A stretch of DNA of 62,598 bases, the filler included, from Rhabdomonas costata (lineage: Eukaryota): NCBI GenBank assembly GCA_019059605.1. It is 39 parts of 39 records of this genome, joined end to end, with 100 filler letters (N's around TTAATTAATTAA, not from the genome) between each part and the next. Parts side by side here need not be neighbours in the genome. Positions count along the whole stretch, not along the records: positions 24,119 to 25,625 come from JAHMHO010014229.1; positions 25,726 to 27,232 come from JAHMHO010014230.1; positions 27,333 to 28,839 come from JAHMHO010014231.1; positions 28,940 to 30,446 come from JAHMHO010014232.1; positions 30,547 to 32,069 come from JAHMHO010014233.1; positions 32,170 to 33,677 come from JAHMHO010014234.1; positions 33,778 to 35,284 come from JAHMHO010014235.1; positions 35,385 to 36,887 come from JAHMHO010014236.1; 31 more parts are not named here. One strand, written 5' to 3'. The notes beneath the pieces are model-generated. The model saw only the letters and a list, made by a program, of their open reading frames with translations. It was not told the DNA's origin and made no database searches. The first letter of the stretch is position 1, and every line of letters starts with the position of its first letter. The translations under genes were made by a program, and so were the position numbers. This document shows positions 24,130 to 36,987 of this stretch, piece by piece.

Positions 24130-24832
24130 CTCGTAACTCTGCTGGCGAGAGGTCCCAGCATATGCTCGGGTTAGGGTCTGCAACTGTGGCTGCGTGGTGT
24201 CAACGCTTCAGGGTGTTATGAACTGGGAAGAGCGTCATTCGGAGCGCGATGGGTTTGTTTGGAGCGTGATGGGTTTGGCGGCAATTGAGAGTGGAAACTC
24301 GAGAGTAACCATCACTCTAAAAAGTCTTTGGAGGTGGAATCTGATGAATATGAAGTGGGCAGAAAGAGGAAAGGGTTGCATGGGAGGGACATTGATGTTA
24401 AAGGTGACTTCAGAGGCCTTTATGAAAGGCATACTGGTCGCTTGTTGGTGGAGGCTTATCAGAAGCTCAGGAAGGAAGATGACGATCGCCGCTTTGGACC
24501 CCCAAGTTGTGAAGATGTGAAGATGTCCGCCCTTTGGTGGGCTCCTTCCGGGAACTCTGCTTTTTACTGATGGTGCGAGAGCTTACACGTCTGTGTGTAA
24601 GGAATTTGGCATCTTCTCTCAAGTGGATCAGGGAGTTCACTCGACGTGAGACAATCAAAGGCAAGGTACGTGTGCTCTCTACACAAGGTATTGACGGTGC
24701 TTGGGGCAACCTCAAAAACTTCCTTCGGGGCCGTGGAGGATGCCCAGCTGACCACCTAGAAAGAAACCTTCCTGACGACTCTGACCCTTTATTGGCACTA
24801 CGTCTGTGCATTAAGAATCGCTGTTTCCAGTG
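24130..24832 (+). mobile_element. Degenerate Merlin / IS1595 (ISXO2-like) DNA transposase, second subfamily
   Basis: Motifs LGLGSATVAAW, EVESDEYEVGRKRKG, GLYERHTGR, LFTDGARAY and STQGIDGAWGNLKNFLRGRGG occur in order, broken by frameshifts. Confidence 0.85.
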
Positions 24833-25516
24833 AACTTTTCTCTTTTAAGGTGTGCCGGATAGGTGAAGGTATGCCTTAATAGCTTCCAATTGTGGTCAGC
24901 ACTGGATCAATCGCCACTGGTAGCACTTCTTCTGAAACGTAATTGGCTTCTGGGATGTTGGCTTGCGTCTTTTCCCCCTGTGTCACCGGTGAATGCCGTT
25001 GAGGGGCCATTGGAATTGCCAGACTGCACAGTGCTGGGTGTTAATTCCTCAGATACGGAATGTCATCCCCTACTAAGCATGCGCAGGCTAACACGATGAT
25101 GGTGGCCCTCAGGCGTCTGGTGGTCTCGTGAGCTGGCGTTTTGGCGACCGCAGTAAATGCTGAGGCAAGGCTACCTGCTTGGGGTGATGGATGCCTTGCC
25201 GCAGCTTTCACTGTGATTTGAATCCCACTCTGATGCTGTACACTAATTCTTATGTTCTTATAGGATGCTGACTGTGGTTCCAAGCCGTTTATACCGACCG
25301 TCATAAGAGCGACCGCTGAGTAAGTGTTGACTGCTGGAGCCGTTGTGTAGCGCGTGGTGGTCCTGCAATGGTCCGACACGAGTCTGCGCAAGCGCTAAGT
25401 CACTTGAGTTTAAGAGCCAAGTTCCGCACCGAATTTTCAGAAAAAGAAAAAGAAAAAAATTAAAGAAAAAATTCAAATTTGATTTTTTTACTGGATTTTT
25501 ACTGGATTGGGATCGC

Positions 25517-25609
25517 CTGGCTTTCTCCTCCCAATGCACGCACGGGGACCAGTGAGAGAATGTGTTTATGTCATTGGTCCCCGTGCGTGCATTGGGAGGA
25601 GAAAGCCAG
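25517..25609. repeat. Inverted repeat, 39-bp arms (one G-T mismatch) with a 15-nt loop, near the contig end
   Basis: CTGGCTTTCTCCTCCCAATGCACGCACGGGGACCAGTGA (25517-25555) pairs with 25571-25609. Confidence 0.93.
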
Positions 25610-26129
25610 TTTGCAAAAACACCCCNNNNNNNNNNNNNNNNNNNNNNNNNNNNNNNNNNNNNNNNNNNNTTAATTAATTAANNNNNNNNNNNNNNNNNNN
25701 NNNNNNNNNNNNNNNNNNNNNNNNNATCGGTACCTTAAGGAATCTGTTTCTGGTATTTCCGTGACTGACACAGATCTCATCAGGCTTCACTGCTTCCAGT
25801 TTGGAGGCTGGGTTCATCGGCTTGCTGCTCACCAGGTCCTGAAGGTAAGAGATGCCGCATAAGAAGAAGGCCGGAAAAGCCGGTGACTAGGTGAGGACAA
25901 GGTTGTGGGTAAGGCGAAGGAAAGAAGGGAAGAAGCGGAGATGGCCTTTTCTGCCCGATATGTTAACTTTGGCGCACCGCCTTAGCACATCCCACTCCCA
26001 ACAATACTTTATGACCTTGACGGGAACTTCTGTGACAGCAAGCAATCCTCACACAACCTCAGTGGGAGGAGCGACGAGCTCGGGGGGTGCGAGTTGACCC
26101 ACACGAGGAGTCACGTAGCAGCGCACACT

Positions 26130-26174
26130 ATGCAAGTGCCTCGCATGCAAGTGCCTCGCATGCAAGTGCCTCGC
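26130..26174. repeat. Tandem repeat, 3 x 15 bp (ATGCAAGTGCCTCGC)
   Basis: Read directly from the sequence. Confidence 0.95.
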
Positions 26175-29100
26175 CCGCGGGTCCGAAGCCCCATCCCATT
26201 TGCAAATAAAAACACCGAGCAATGTCTCTGTCTCTCTCGGGGTCGTGTCGCGCAGCGTGTACGTAGGGCCTGAGATTCGAGAGCTATTTGTGGACGTCCC
26301 AACCTTCTACGATCGTACCTACTAGTTGACGGGCCTCTTGTATCTTCTTTTGGGGTAGGGGGCGTTAAACATTCAGCACTGCTTTGCTTAAATAATATGC
26401 ATTTAGAGGTGGCTGACACAGTGTACCCAATTCCGCGTCCAGAAAAATAACCCCCAAAATGTTCTTGATTCGGACGTTTAGCACTGTGAAACGGAGCATC
26501 GCCCACCCCCAACCCATCCCGCCGCTCCGCGGCGCTGGTCTTCACACCTACACTAATCGAATCCCTTTGGTATTGCCATCTCCTGGAAACCGTTCGTCGC
26601 AAGAGTGACCTAAAGGCTTTGCACCACTGAACGTTCAGCAGTGCTAAACATTTAACGACCCACCTCCCCAATACAATTGTTCTCAGTTAACCGGCAAGAC
26701 CCCTGCCTGTGTATGCCGAGTTCACTTTCAGAGATCACCCGAGGGTGCCTCTGGCGGTATCTTCGTGATCACTGCGCTCCCCCGAACGCTTTGCAACGGC
26801 TTGGCTGGAACACCGTCGTCGCTGTTTGTCTTGGTCTCAACAACCCATTTCGACGACACTGTCCCTACCGAGTTACTTCCCTTTCAAACCCCCACGTCTT
26901 CCCAGTTTGGGCGTGCAGTTGGTGCCCACGGCCACCACGCGACCTACTCTCTGTCTGCTGCTACCAATCCCTCAGCTGTTGATCTCCTATCTCTTTATCG
27001 GTGCACCTCTTCCCGTGCTTTCTCCGCCACCGCTGCTGCTCATCCAGCCTCTAAAATACAGCGCTCCCACAAAAGCCCACTCTGGACACATACTGACATA
27101 CACACCAAGACGCACTGATTTGCGTGGATGCATTGACATCCATCCAGACACACACAAACACACACACTGCTCTACTCTTCCCAAGAACAAAACATGGGGA
27201 ACACCAAAACACGGACTCGTCAGGTCCACAACNNNNNNNNNNNNNNNNNNNNNNNNNNNNNNNNNNNNNNNNNNNNTTAATTAATTAANNNNNNNNNNNN
27301 NNNNNNNNNNNNNNNNNNNNNNNNNNNNNNNNGACTGTTGGAAGAAGATACACTCATGTCATGCTGCGGGAAAGCTTTGAATTGTATACCACAATACGAG
27401 GGGGAAACGGCTCTGGAAATAGAGATTTCAGTATCGCTTGTTTTTATTTGCACTGCATGTAGAGTGAGGATACTAATTGAAACTACCATATTTCAGAGTG
27501 GATGTGTCGACCACAATTAAGGTGGGGTGATGTCTAATTTGATGATACAAATGGAATGTTGCTTGCGTTTATGTCCATGTTAGTCGTATGACATCTTATT
27601 TCGTGCTCCGCAGTATTATTCTCATTTAATGGCGCTTCGGCTTGCTTATCTTGCGTCTCTTCCAGTATAACCAATACATTTGTCTATGCAACACTAGAAG
27701 GCACCAAAACTCAACATACAACAAAGATCAACTCTAGCAATAGAACTTCGCACCTAGATGAGCGTATGCTGTTTTAATTTTCCTGAGACAGGGTTTCCAA
27801 CTGGTTCCTGGCCTTCATGCGCCACGCTGTCTTCATCCAACCTCCAGTGCTACTTCCCCTCTTTGTTCACATCGACCGCACCTGAGATCATTTGCAAGCG
27901 TAGAGAGAGATTCCATGACTCTAAACTGCCACTTATGTCACCAGTTGCTCGCCAGAACTTCCAACAAAACGCAAGGAGCTGTTGACACTTAATTGAACAG
28001 CTCGGACATTCTGCTCTTCCGAAACGCTTATATGCTCCTCTGTGGAGGATACAGATACCGAGTCAACCGGGCTGGATCCATCCCAGGGTCTCGCGCAGAG
28101 TCTCGCGCAGGGTCTCTTTCTAACAGCGTCTAACGGTTGTGATGTAGACGGCCAATCCACAGCTGCACCATGCGGCCCGGCGCTGGAAGCCGCCATTTCC
28201 GGATAACCCGGGCGTATACTGGTTTTTAGGGTAGGCCGATTTGAACCCCCGGTGGACACATGACATACCGACCCACCCAATAGCGCTTCCCGTGTTGGCA
28301 AACAGCAGGAAACTTTCCCCTTGAGGTTTAGAAGTCTTCGTCCGTGACGTGCTCTTCCGTTTTAAACTTCGATGGGGAAACCGCGTAGGAGAATGGAAAG
28401 GAATCGATGGCAAGCGCAACGTGCCGGAGGTCCTTGAGGGCCTTCCGCCGCAGCCAATTCCGTCGCTCTGTTACCAAGGCATATCACCCGGCATTCCCGG
28501 CAACTGCTTCGCACACTTTGCGGTGAATATTGCTGCCTAAAAAGCACGATCGGTGCCACGGGACAGTATTGTACGTTATAGATAATGTAATCATCCTGTT
28601 GGGTTCTTAATGTAAATGTTACGGGCTCCGCACGGGCATCCGCGGTTGCTGCTCCGCACGGCCTCGACAAAGGGCCAAAAACGGCCCTGGCAGACGGAAA
28701 TGACACTTCTAGCACAGCACTCAACCAAAGCATTCTGGCTCACTCCGGTGCCGGCACGAAATACTCCTGGGCCATACCTACTACTGACCAGGTCCGGCTG
28801 AACTTCGTTTTTTAAATGGGTTCAACAGGCCACAAACAANNNNNNNNNNNNNNNNNNNNNNNNNNNNNNNNNNNNNNNNNNNNTTAATTAATTAANNNNN
28901 NNNNNNNNNNNNNNNNNNNNNNNNNNNNNNNNNNNNNNNGTTGGGGGGTGCAGGCACGCAGAAAAACCGCCCGTTCAATGGGTGCAGCGAAGAGAAAGGG
29001 ATGCTCAGTGTTTGCCCAGCAGTGGCCTGCAGGGCGAAGAAGCCGAGGTGGTAGGTGGAAACCTTCCGTCCCCCTCACCACCCCGAACTAGAGCACCTCA

Positions 29101-29728
29101 TGAATACTTCGCCTATACGAGCACCGTCATTTGGACAGTCAAAAGCGAAAAAGACGCATTTCTAACCCTACAAGTGGGCAATGGCGTCAATATCATGACC
29201 AAGAACTCACTCAGGCGATTTAACACAAGTCAGCACGGATTTGTGCAGCTTCCAAACAAAAGTTTTTTTTCGGTGATTTGTATGAACATGACATTCATGG
29301 TTTCACAGACTCAGAGCACGAGCACTCCTTTCATTGAGTGCACCCATCGAGGTAGGCTCACTGCGTCCTACAGTGCACCCACCAGACCTCTCTTCGTTTT
29401 CCCAGCAGGACGTTTCACACGACACCATCCCACTCCCGAACAAGACCGCTCAGCTTCTGGTTTGAATGAAACATCCGAGAAAAAGCGACTCTGAAATCAA
29501 TCTGCATTGCACTGTTCAAAGTAACCGAAGTGTCGATGTCGGGCTTCAGCCAACAGAACTCTCTGCTTTGAGTCATTTTCAGTCGGCCACAGAATGGCAA
29601 GTTCCCCAACGCCATCACAATTTCATGATGTGCTCGAGAGTCCTTGACTGCGGCTTCTTGCGCGCATACCGCTATGAAGAGCTCTGATTGTCCTCAATAA
29701 GGCTTCAGAAGGAAGGTGGGTTATACTT

Positions 29729-30034
29729 TCACGTTTGCTGGGGAACCACTCGCAGACCGGTAAGCTGCTGGAACAGCACTAGGGGGTCCAATGAGCGGGC
29801 CTCGTTGTACTTGCAGCGGTTCTTGGCCACCTCACACATCCCACAGCTCGCGGCCTGTAGTAGAGTGGAGTAGGCGGAGGCGTTGCGGCCCAGCAGTGCG
29901 TCGTAGTGCAAGCTGACTCGCCACTTTCGGAAGGCATCGGGTGGGGTGCGGTACTCGATCTTTGCGTGGATCGTGATGGCGTTGGGAAGCCCTCCGCCAA
30001 CAAAGCCAAGGCCAACGGCACGGGCTCCACACCA
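29729..30034 (-). CDS. Probable exon of a hypothetical protein
   Basis: TTTCAG acceptor followed by a GC3-rich frame WCGARAVGLGFVGGGLPNAITIHAKIEYRTPPDAFRKWRVSLHYDALLG...; the 3' boundary is uncertain. Confidence 0.45.
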   Translation of the reverse strand, partial: WCGARAVGLGFVGGGLPNAITIHAKIEYRTPPDAFRKWRVSLHYDALLGRNASAYSTLLQAASCGMCEVAKNRCKYNEARSLDPLVLFQQLTGLRVVPQQT

Positions 30035-31331
30035 CTGAAAGTGCGGCTCGTTGCGATTGCTGATTCCTAAAACAATTGAAAGGCCATGATACTGCTGCAA
30101 TTCGGGCGGGGCTGAGCATGGTGGAGTGTGGGGGGCACAGCATCCCATAACCCGATACAGCAAAACGGTCGTTGTCCCGCTTCCCTCCACACGTTATACT
30201 ATGCTAAATAGAAGAGCCACCGTGGTAAAGAAGGAAAAGACGACTGCGCAGAAAATCCGGGCTCAGCGGGGGAAGGGGGGCGGGAAAGGACCCAAGCACT
30301 CGTATTCACAAAAACAAACCAAAGACTGGGACTCCACCCGATCTTGGTGCACTGCGTTTGGGGGGCCTGCACTGCAATGGGCGCAACCTCAAACTGTCCT
30401 TCTGCCCTTTGTACACTCTCACAACGATGAGCGATGCAAACAAACANNNNNNNNNNNNNNNNNNNNNNNNNNNNNNNNNNNNNNNNNNNNTTAATTAATT
30501 AANNNNNNNNNNNNNNNNNNNNNNNNNNNNNNNNNNNNNNNNNNNNGGGGGGTGGTGGGTGAGTCGGATGAGTTTTGAGGTTGTATTTTTTTCTGTAACC
30601 ACTGCGGAGCGAGGACAAACTTGGATCAGTCGGCTCAGGCTGCCGCCCATTTATTAGAAGGATGACTTTTCTGTGGTTGACGGGGTCGTTCGCGTCCTGT
30701 GGCCAATTTCCGTTGGCAAAGTGGCTCACGCGGTGTTGCAGAGTGGCTCCAGCTCCAGTCAAGGAAGCACCACAGGCATCAGTGCCCGCATTGTTTTGTT
30801 TTGTTTCGCTCCTTGCGGAATAAATTCGTGGGAGCATGTTGTTTGGTTTGTTCTTCTTGTGTTTTGTCCTCCAAACCTTCAATATTCAGCATTGAACACA
30901 ATTTCTCCACTCAGAGAAAGAATTTTGCTTGCGTAAAATACCTAACAAAACATAAAGAAAAAGCGCGCTGAAGTGAGGCGCTGAGGCAAAACAAGGGGCG
31001 TTTATCGCCAAGCTGTGTGATCGACATGGGTGGATCAATTACGAGGTCCTTGGAGAACCTGTCCAGACTGTTCAACCGCTCGGTAACGCCCGCAGTTTCG
31101 TTAAGCAAGCTCAAATTTTAGCACGGTGCCTTGAATTGTCAACGCATTGAAATGTTGCGTAGATCATCCACCAGCCTTCTGCCACCAGTTTCTGCTCATC
31201 TTTTGGCAGGCGCTGGGCCGCATTGATGTGTCCCCACTCTCATTTTCTTCAGCTGTAACACGAATCGTCAACTTTTCGTCCTCGGTCGCCTCCGTGGGAG
31301 ACGGCGCTCGCCCTATATATCGGATTCCCAC

Positions 31332-31334
<3 letters not shown>

Positions 31335-31371
<37 letters not shown>

Positions 31372-31389
31372 CGCGCGCGCGTGCGCGCG
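31335..31389. repeat. (GT)n followed by (GC)n alternating purine-pyrimidine tract
   Basis: Read directly; lies in the intron following the CAND1 exon. Confidence 0.95.
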
Positions 31390-31526
31390 GTTAAGTGAAG
31401 GACCCAAAAAAGAATAGTATTTGACCTAAAAAAACCATAAATAGAACAATAGAAGACCAAAATATGCAAATAGGCTAATTTTGCGTCCAAATTTCATTCA
31501 ACCCCCCCCCCCGCTCCCAACGACAC

Positions 31527-31715
31527 CTTGACGTTCTCTTCCCTTTCCTTGAAGCGGTCGGGCAGCAGGGTGTTCTTGGCGCAGCACAGCTCCCCGTACA
31601 GCAGCTCCAGCTGGTCCGGGCGAGTGGTGATGATCGCCAGCAGGCACTTCGTGGCGGCCTTGCGGACTTTCCAGCTGACGTCATCGTCCTCCTCCTGGTC
31701 CAGCTCCTCTCCCTC
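31527..31715 (-). CDS. CAND1: Cullin-associated NEDD8-dissociated protein 1 exon
   Basis: EEDDDVSWKVRKAATKCLLAIITTRPD...RFKEREENVK matches the CAND1 signature DDD.SWKVRRAAAKCL...RFKEREENVK. The exon is 189 nt, bounded by CAG and GT. Confidence 0.95.
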
Positions 31716-32202
31716 CTGCATTCCCCATGACACGATAATACTGGCAAGTCTTGCAGCCAGCAAAACGGCTCAAAAGAATGAATTGCGCCCGCCCGCAGGC
31801 GTGAACAAGTGAGGCGTTGCGCGACAGGGAGCGGAAGATGTAGTGTAGGAAATTGGGTTGAACCACCATTGAAAATCTTCTTGCGTGTGGACCAAGAAAC
31901 AGAAACCGACAGTTCACGCCGCTACCTTGCTTCATGTGCAGATTTTATTGTTTCACTAATGACGTTGCTTTTTGCTAGGAGAGAAAGGAAAAATTCAAAC
32001 AACCACAACCTTCGCAAAACAATAAAAGGAGTTGGGTCTCGCTCCCCTCACCCCCCCCTTCCCCTCAAANNNNNNNNNNNNNNNNNNNNNNNNNNNNNNN
32101 NNNNNNNNNNNNNTTAATTAATTAANNNNNNNNNNNNNNNNNNNNNNNNNNNNNNNNNNNNNNNNNNNNGGTTTGTGGTAACATAACGGCTCTGATTTCT
32201 TG

Positions 32203-32810
32203 CTATGCGCAAAGGATAAAGCGGACCATCGAGCATAGCAAGAAATCAGAGCCGTTATGTTACCACCAATGGGAATCAACAGCACTCGCAGACGTACCAG
32301 CGCAAAGAGTCAGTGAGGCAACCCCGAGGTACCGGAGGTTCAGAACTATTGAGTGATATTGAGCTGGCACGGCAACGCCTGTAGAAACCGGTGCTGCTCG
32401 TTTACCCAAGGGTCCCACAAGAAAAGGCCCCAGCCCCCCAAGAAAGGAGTGTGGAGTCGCAGAGACCTGAGCAGCAATAGAGCAATGCTGCTAGCCGCTG
32501 GAAAAGAGCAGCTGCGTGACAAGGGCCCGGGATCCGTGGGGCAGAAGGGAGGTTACCATATGTGGAACGTTCGGCGGTGAGCCGGTTCCGGTTCCCCACG
32601 GCACCTCTCGCGAGCACCCGTGGCCAACAGCGCTTGCGCCAGTCAGTCCACAGTGGTCACCAAAAACCAGTCAACCAGGCAACCAGGCAACAGCCAGCGC
32701 GCAATGTGCGCAACACACACAAGCCTTTGAGGTCTTTTCCGCCTCCAGGTAACCGCCAGGTAACCGACCAGGTAACCGCCAGCGCGCAACACACGCACAC
32801 ACACACACAC
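32203..32810 (+). mobile_element. Interspersed repeat, copy 2 (decayed CCCH motif, duplicated 3' end, (CA)n tail)
   Basis: Homologous to 903-1493. The 3' unit CCAGGYAAC...GCCAGCGCGCAA(CA)n occurs twice (about 32675-32720 and 32745-32810). Confidence 0.75.
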
Positions 32811-34215
32811 GTAACTGGAGCCGTAGGGAGGGCAGACTGGTGCGGGGACAGCACACCAGCGGTGAGAAGTTTAAACCCCACCCACGACATGATTCAAACT
32901 CTAGGTCCTTTCATTTCTGCTTCAGTTCATGTTCCAGCTCATGTATCTTGATGTCCCTACCTGGAATAGGACTATGAATAGGATCACAAGAACGAGCGAG
33001 CGATTTGTCGCACTCTTCTTTTGCTGGAATTGAGTGATCCCTACGTCGTGTGCGCACTGAACTTCGCTTCCCCGTGATTCGGGCATTGCCCCAATGAGAG
33101 AATGGCTTGCTGCTGTGCTCTCCTCAGGAGTCCATCAGCGGAGAGACGGACCCTCACAGCAGCATCTCCGAAGAGGGCATGACTGTGGCTGAGGTGTGTA
33201 CGTACATATTGAGTGTATTGTCGTTCTTTTGTGTTCCTGCTTTCACAAGTCGCACCAGCAAACAACTCGCCATCCCCGGCACCTCTGTTCAAGCAGCCAG
33301 CCATGCAGTTGCAAATCATAGAAGCAAACCAAACATGCTGCGTCGTCAGAGGGTTCTGCGGAGACCTCTCTCCTCGTTTTTGTAGATTGCCATGAACTTT
33401 TTCGTGCCAGTACTGTTGTGGGGCTGTTATTGGCCCTTTACGAAATCGCTCACACTCAGTCACTCACTCGCTCGCTAGCTAGCTCACAAACACAGTCCAT
33501 GAGAGCAGTCTTCTGGTTGTTTGTCGTTGGATTGTGTCGTTTTAATATATGCCAATGCGGGGGGTAGATTGTCTTGCTTTGTTTCGAATGGAATGGAATG
33601 GTATGGAGCGCAAGCCGAACCGGCCACATGGCGAGCTACTGTCGCCTTTGTGCGCGTACATTGCACACACCAACCACNNNNNNNNNNNNNNNNNNNNNNN
33701 NNNNNNNNNNNNNNNNNNNNNTTAATTAATTAANNNNNNNNNNNNNNNNNNNNNNNNNNNNNNNNNNNNNNNNNNNNGGGTGGTTGTTTTCCCAGAAAAA
33801 TTGTGGGCCTGGGATCCCCGAGCTTTCCCATGGTCCTATCTCTGGGAGGGCTTCTCTTGGCGAGCGTGCTTCTGCGGAGGGGCGTGAAGGGCGCCATCCT
33901 GATCTCCATCCTTGCGGGTGTGTAACGTTCCCCATCTGAGCAGTATTTACAATTGTAACATTATTGCATATCAATATGATAATAGTAGTAGTAATCGCAC
34001 TCCGCTCGGTTTCCCCTTCTCCCCCTTGCGTTTGCTTTCGAGTTCTTTGTCTCTTTGCGCGCTGTTCTCATCTTTGACAGTCCTTTGACGAACCTAAACC
34101 TTCATTGCCCTCAGGACTCGGTGCAACTCTTCCTGAACCTGAATCCCTAGCCCCCCTTATCGCAGCACCAGTTGTTCCTTTTTGGATGTGGGAAGGCGAT
34201 TGTTGTGTTTGTCAT

Positions 34216-34296
34216 GACCCCAAGGACCGGCCACGCAGCGTTTCGGGAGGCCTCTTTTACATACAATAGACCCCAGGCCTGCTTCGGCTTAGCCCT
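34216..34296. repeat. ~80-bp dispersed repeat, copy 2
   Basis: Matches 14969-15049. Lies about 100 nt upstream of the acceptor of the permease exon, so it is probably intronic. Confidence 0.85.
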
Positions 34297-34397
34297 CTTC
34301 CAACGGGTCACCTGTTTGTCATGATTAAATCTCTAATTCATCTCGCTGATTAAATCTCTCTAAATTCATCTCTTCTCTCTGTCGTTTACCTTCGCAG

Positions 34398-34802
34398 TTA
34401 CCGTATTGGCCTGGCTCACTGACATCGTCCCTGCCCCGCACTCGACCGGAGCAAGCCAGGACTACACCACCCTCAGATTGTACCTGACTCGCCTCGACTT
34501 TGTGGTATGGTCACACCACGCAAACGTGCACACCGACGCTTGTGTGACGGATGCCTTCTCCGAATGTGTCGGCTTAACTTTCTGCAGCATTTGTTGCAGT
34601 CGCGTTTTGAAGTAGGAAATTACAATGGAATGCAATGGAGGAATGCTTAAAAGAAGCTGAAAAGTGATTCCCTTCTGATGGAAATCGGAACGTTGGTTGA
34701 TTCATGCGCCTTTTTTTTTTGCGCAGGACTTCTTCCGAGGATTCGGCTCCAGTGTGGTGCAGTTGCTGGTCTTCTTCTTCGTGATTTTATTCGACACCGG
34801 CG
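34398..34802 (+). CDS. AzgA-like / NCS2 nucleobase permease (exons 34398-34504 and 34727-34802)
   Basis: Spliced TVLAWLTDIVPAP...LTRLDFV-DFFRGFGSSVVQLLVFFFVILFDTG resembles the AzgA segment LD........F.F.FVD.FDT.GT. GT-AG sites are in phase. Confidence 0.65.
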
Positions 34803-36987
34803 GTTGTCCCCCCCCCCTTCCCTTTTTTTTTCGAATTTAGTTTGTTGCTCTGTATTTGGTTGCGTGCTGACAAGAAAAAGCGATGCAAGCTTATTGAAAG
34901 CTGTGGCGGCTGGGCCAACACACCACAGGATATATTCCACCAATGTTTGTTCACCAGATGTTTGGTCACCAGATGGAGGGAGTGGTTGCTTCCAAGCTCA
35001 CCGTGCGGCGCGCCTGGTGAATAGCGAAGCATTCTGAAGAATGGCAGTTCTGTTTTTTCTGCATCGCATCTCCTGATGCTGCGTCCCAGGTTCTTCCTAC
35101 TATTGGTATTCAACGGTAATTTAACTCCGTTAACCGCCATCTCTTCCGATGTGTTTTTCCTCTCTTCCCTTCTGTAAATCCTTCCTTCCCGGCTGACCAA
35201 CATTTTACCAATTAGGGTAGACGTTTTAGACCCCCACACACATACAAGAAAAGGATCGGAAATGCTGTGAGATCTGCCCATGTTNNNNNNNNNNNNNNNN
35301 NNNNNNNNNNNNNNNNNNNNNNNNNNNNTTAATTAATTAANNNNNNNNNNNNNNNNNNNNNNNNNNNNNNNNNNNNNNNNNNNNTCAAAACATGCACCCC
35401 CCGAGTTCATTGCTCCTCCCACTCTGGTCGGGGAATGGGACGAATTGGATGGTGAAAAGGATCACAGCAGTGGACGAATGGTTCGAGCAAAGCATAACAA
35501 ACTGGAAAAAGAAACAGTGTGCAGAGAGGAGGGGCACCCAGATTGGGATTCGCGCCGAGCTGAGAGAGCAGGCAAGCCATCATCTCCTTCAGCGCGGCAA
35601 CCTCCCCGCGAAGCTCCTCCACCCCGGGCCCTGATGCTTGCCCGGCGGCCTTTGGAGGGATGGTGTCACCACATCCACGAATACCGAAGCACGCATAATG
35701 GGTGGGGGATCTCGTACCAACTGAAGCAGAAAAGGGACTCAATCCTCGGGTCCTAAACTGCAAGGGGACATCATTCCCTCCGCTCCCCACGTACCCTTTT
35801 TCTCTGTTGGGGTTTTATCACCGCTGGTTGCCATAATCCTCCCTCCAACCAACCCTCACCGCCTTAGCGCCTCCGCCTCCGTCTCAGTCCTCTTGGAACC
35901 CCACTGCTAGTTCAGGGGTTCACCAATAAAGAAGCTTGCCGCGTCCGCGACCCTGGCGAAGGTGAGGTGTGTTACCGGCTACTCCTGGTTATGGTGCAAA
36001 TTGTGCAAATCGTGGCTCCTCACTCCCCAACCACCTGTCTATCTCAGCGCGGCTCGGGCTGTGCTCCGGCGGTGCTGACCTCCAGCCCTCAACCAATACT
36101 GGTCCACTTCTCCGCCAAAGAGTCGGCAAAAGCAATGGGGTGAAAAAACGCTGTGATCACCTTTCAAGATTTCCGGTTTTTCTCATTCTTGAACTTTGTG
36201 GACGTTGTTTTTGCTCACAAGGTGTCCTTTGCATACAATTGGCAGCCCCGGATGCAACAGTGAATGACCTCTTGATGCTGGAAGAAAAACAGCTTCACCA
36301 TTTGGAGGTTTGGTGTTTGGGAAAAACGGACGGCATCTGAAATGAATAGGAAGGAAAACGGTCAGCGCAAGTCGCACAATACGCCTAGGTACACTCCGAA
36401 ATCGAGAGTCTGTAACGTTTCGAACTCTGAAGTGTTTTTTGACCTGCATTTATGCCACTGGGCTTAGGTGGCATACGCTGTCTTTACGGTGTAGCCTGCT
36501 AGAGTTCCAAAGTGGGTGGTGTCAGCGGCTCCTGTTGTAGAAATTGCCGTCGTTTCTCCAGAGTTTCTCGAAAGAAGGGACTGTAAACGTTTTGCTCCCT
36601 TGACTGCAAAGCAAGTAACACCCCAAACGTAAGAGAATAGTGCGAAGAGAATAGTGTGCAATACGAATTCCGATAGGACGTTTTTTCACGGTGCCTTTCA
36701 AACGCTGGCATTTTTCAGCTTTTTTCCGCGACACCCAAAGTTCTTAATTTACGTGTAACCTGCTTTAGAAGCCACCGTTGTCTCTGTTTGGTCACTGTTT
36801 TGGTCCCTTTTTGGTCGCGCCAGTCAGCGGAAATCCGCCTTGCACATGGCTGTCGCCAGCACTCCACTAGGATCAGCTACTAAAAGCNNNNNNNNNNNNN
36901 NNNNNNNNNNNNNNNNNNNNNNNNNNNNNNNTTAATTAATTAANNNNNNNNNNNNNNNNNNNNNNNNNNNNNNNNNNNNNNNNNNNN

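Noticed and set aside
34216..34296. Hammerhead or other self-cleaving ribozyme call for the ~80-bp repeat
   Set aside because: GAAA and a palindromic stem are present, but the CUGANGA core and UH cleavage triplet are not. I also could not fit twister, pistol or HDV folds by eye.
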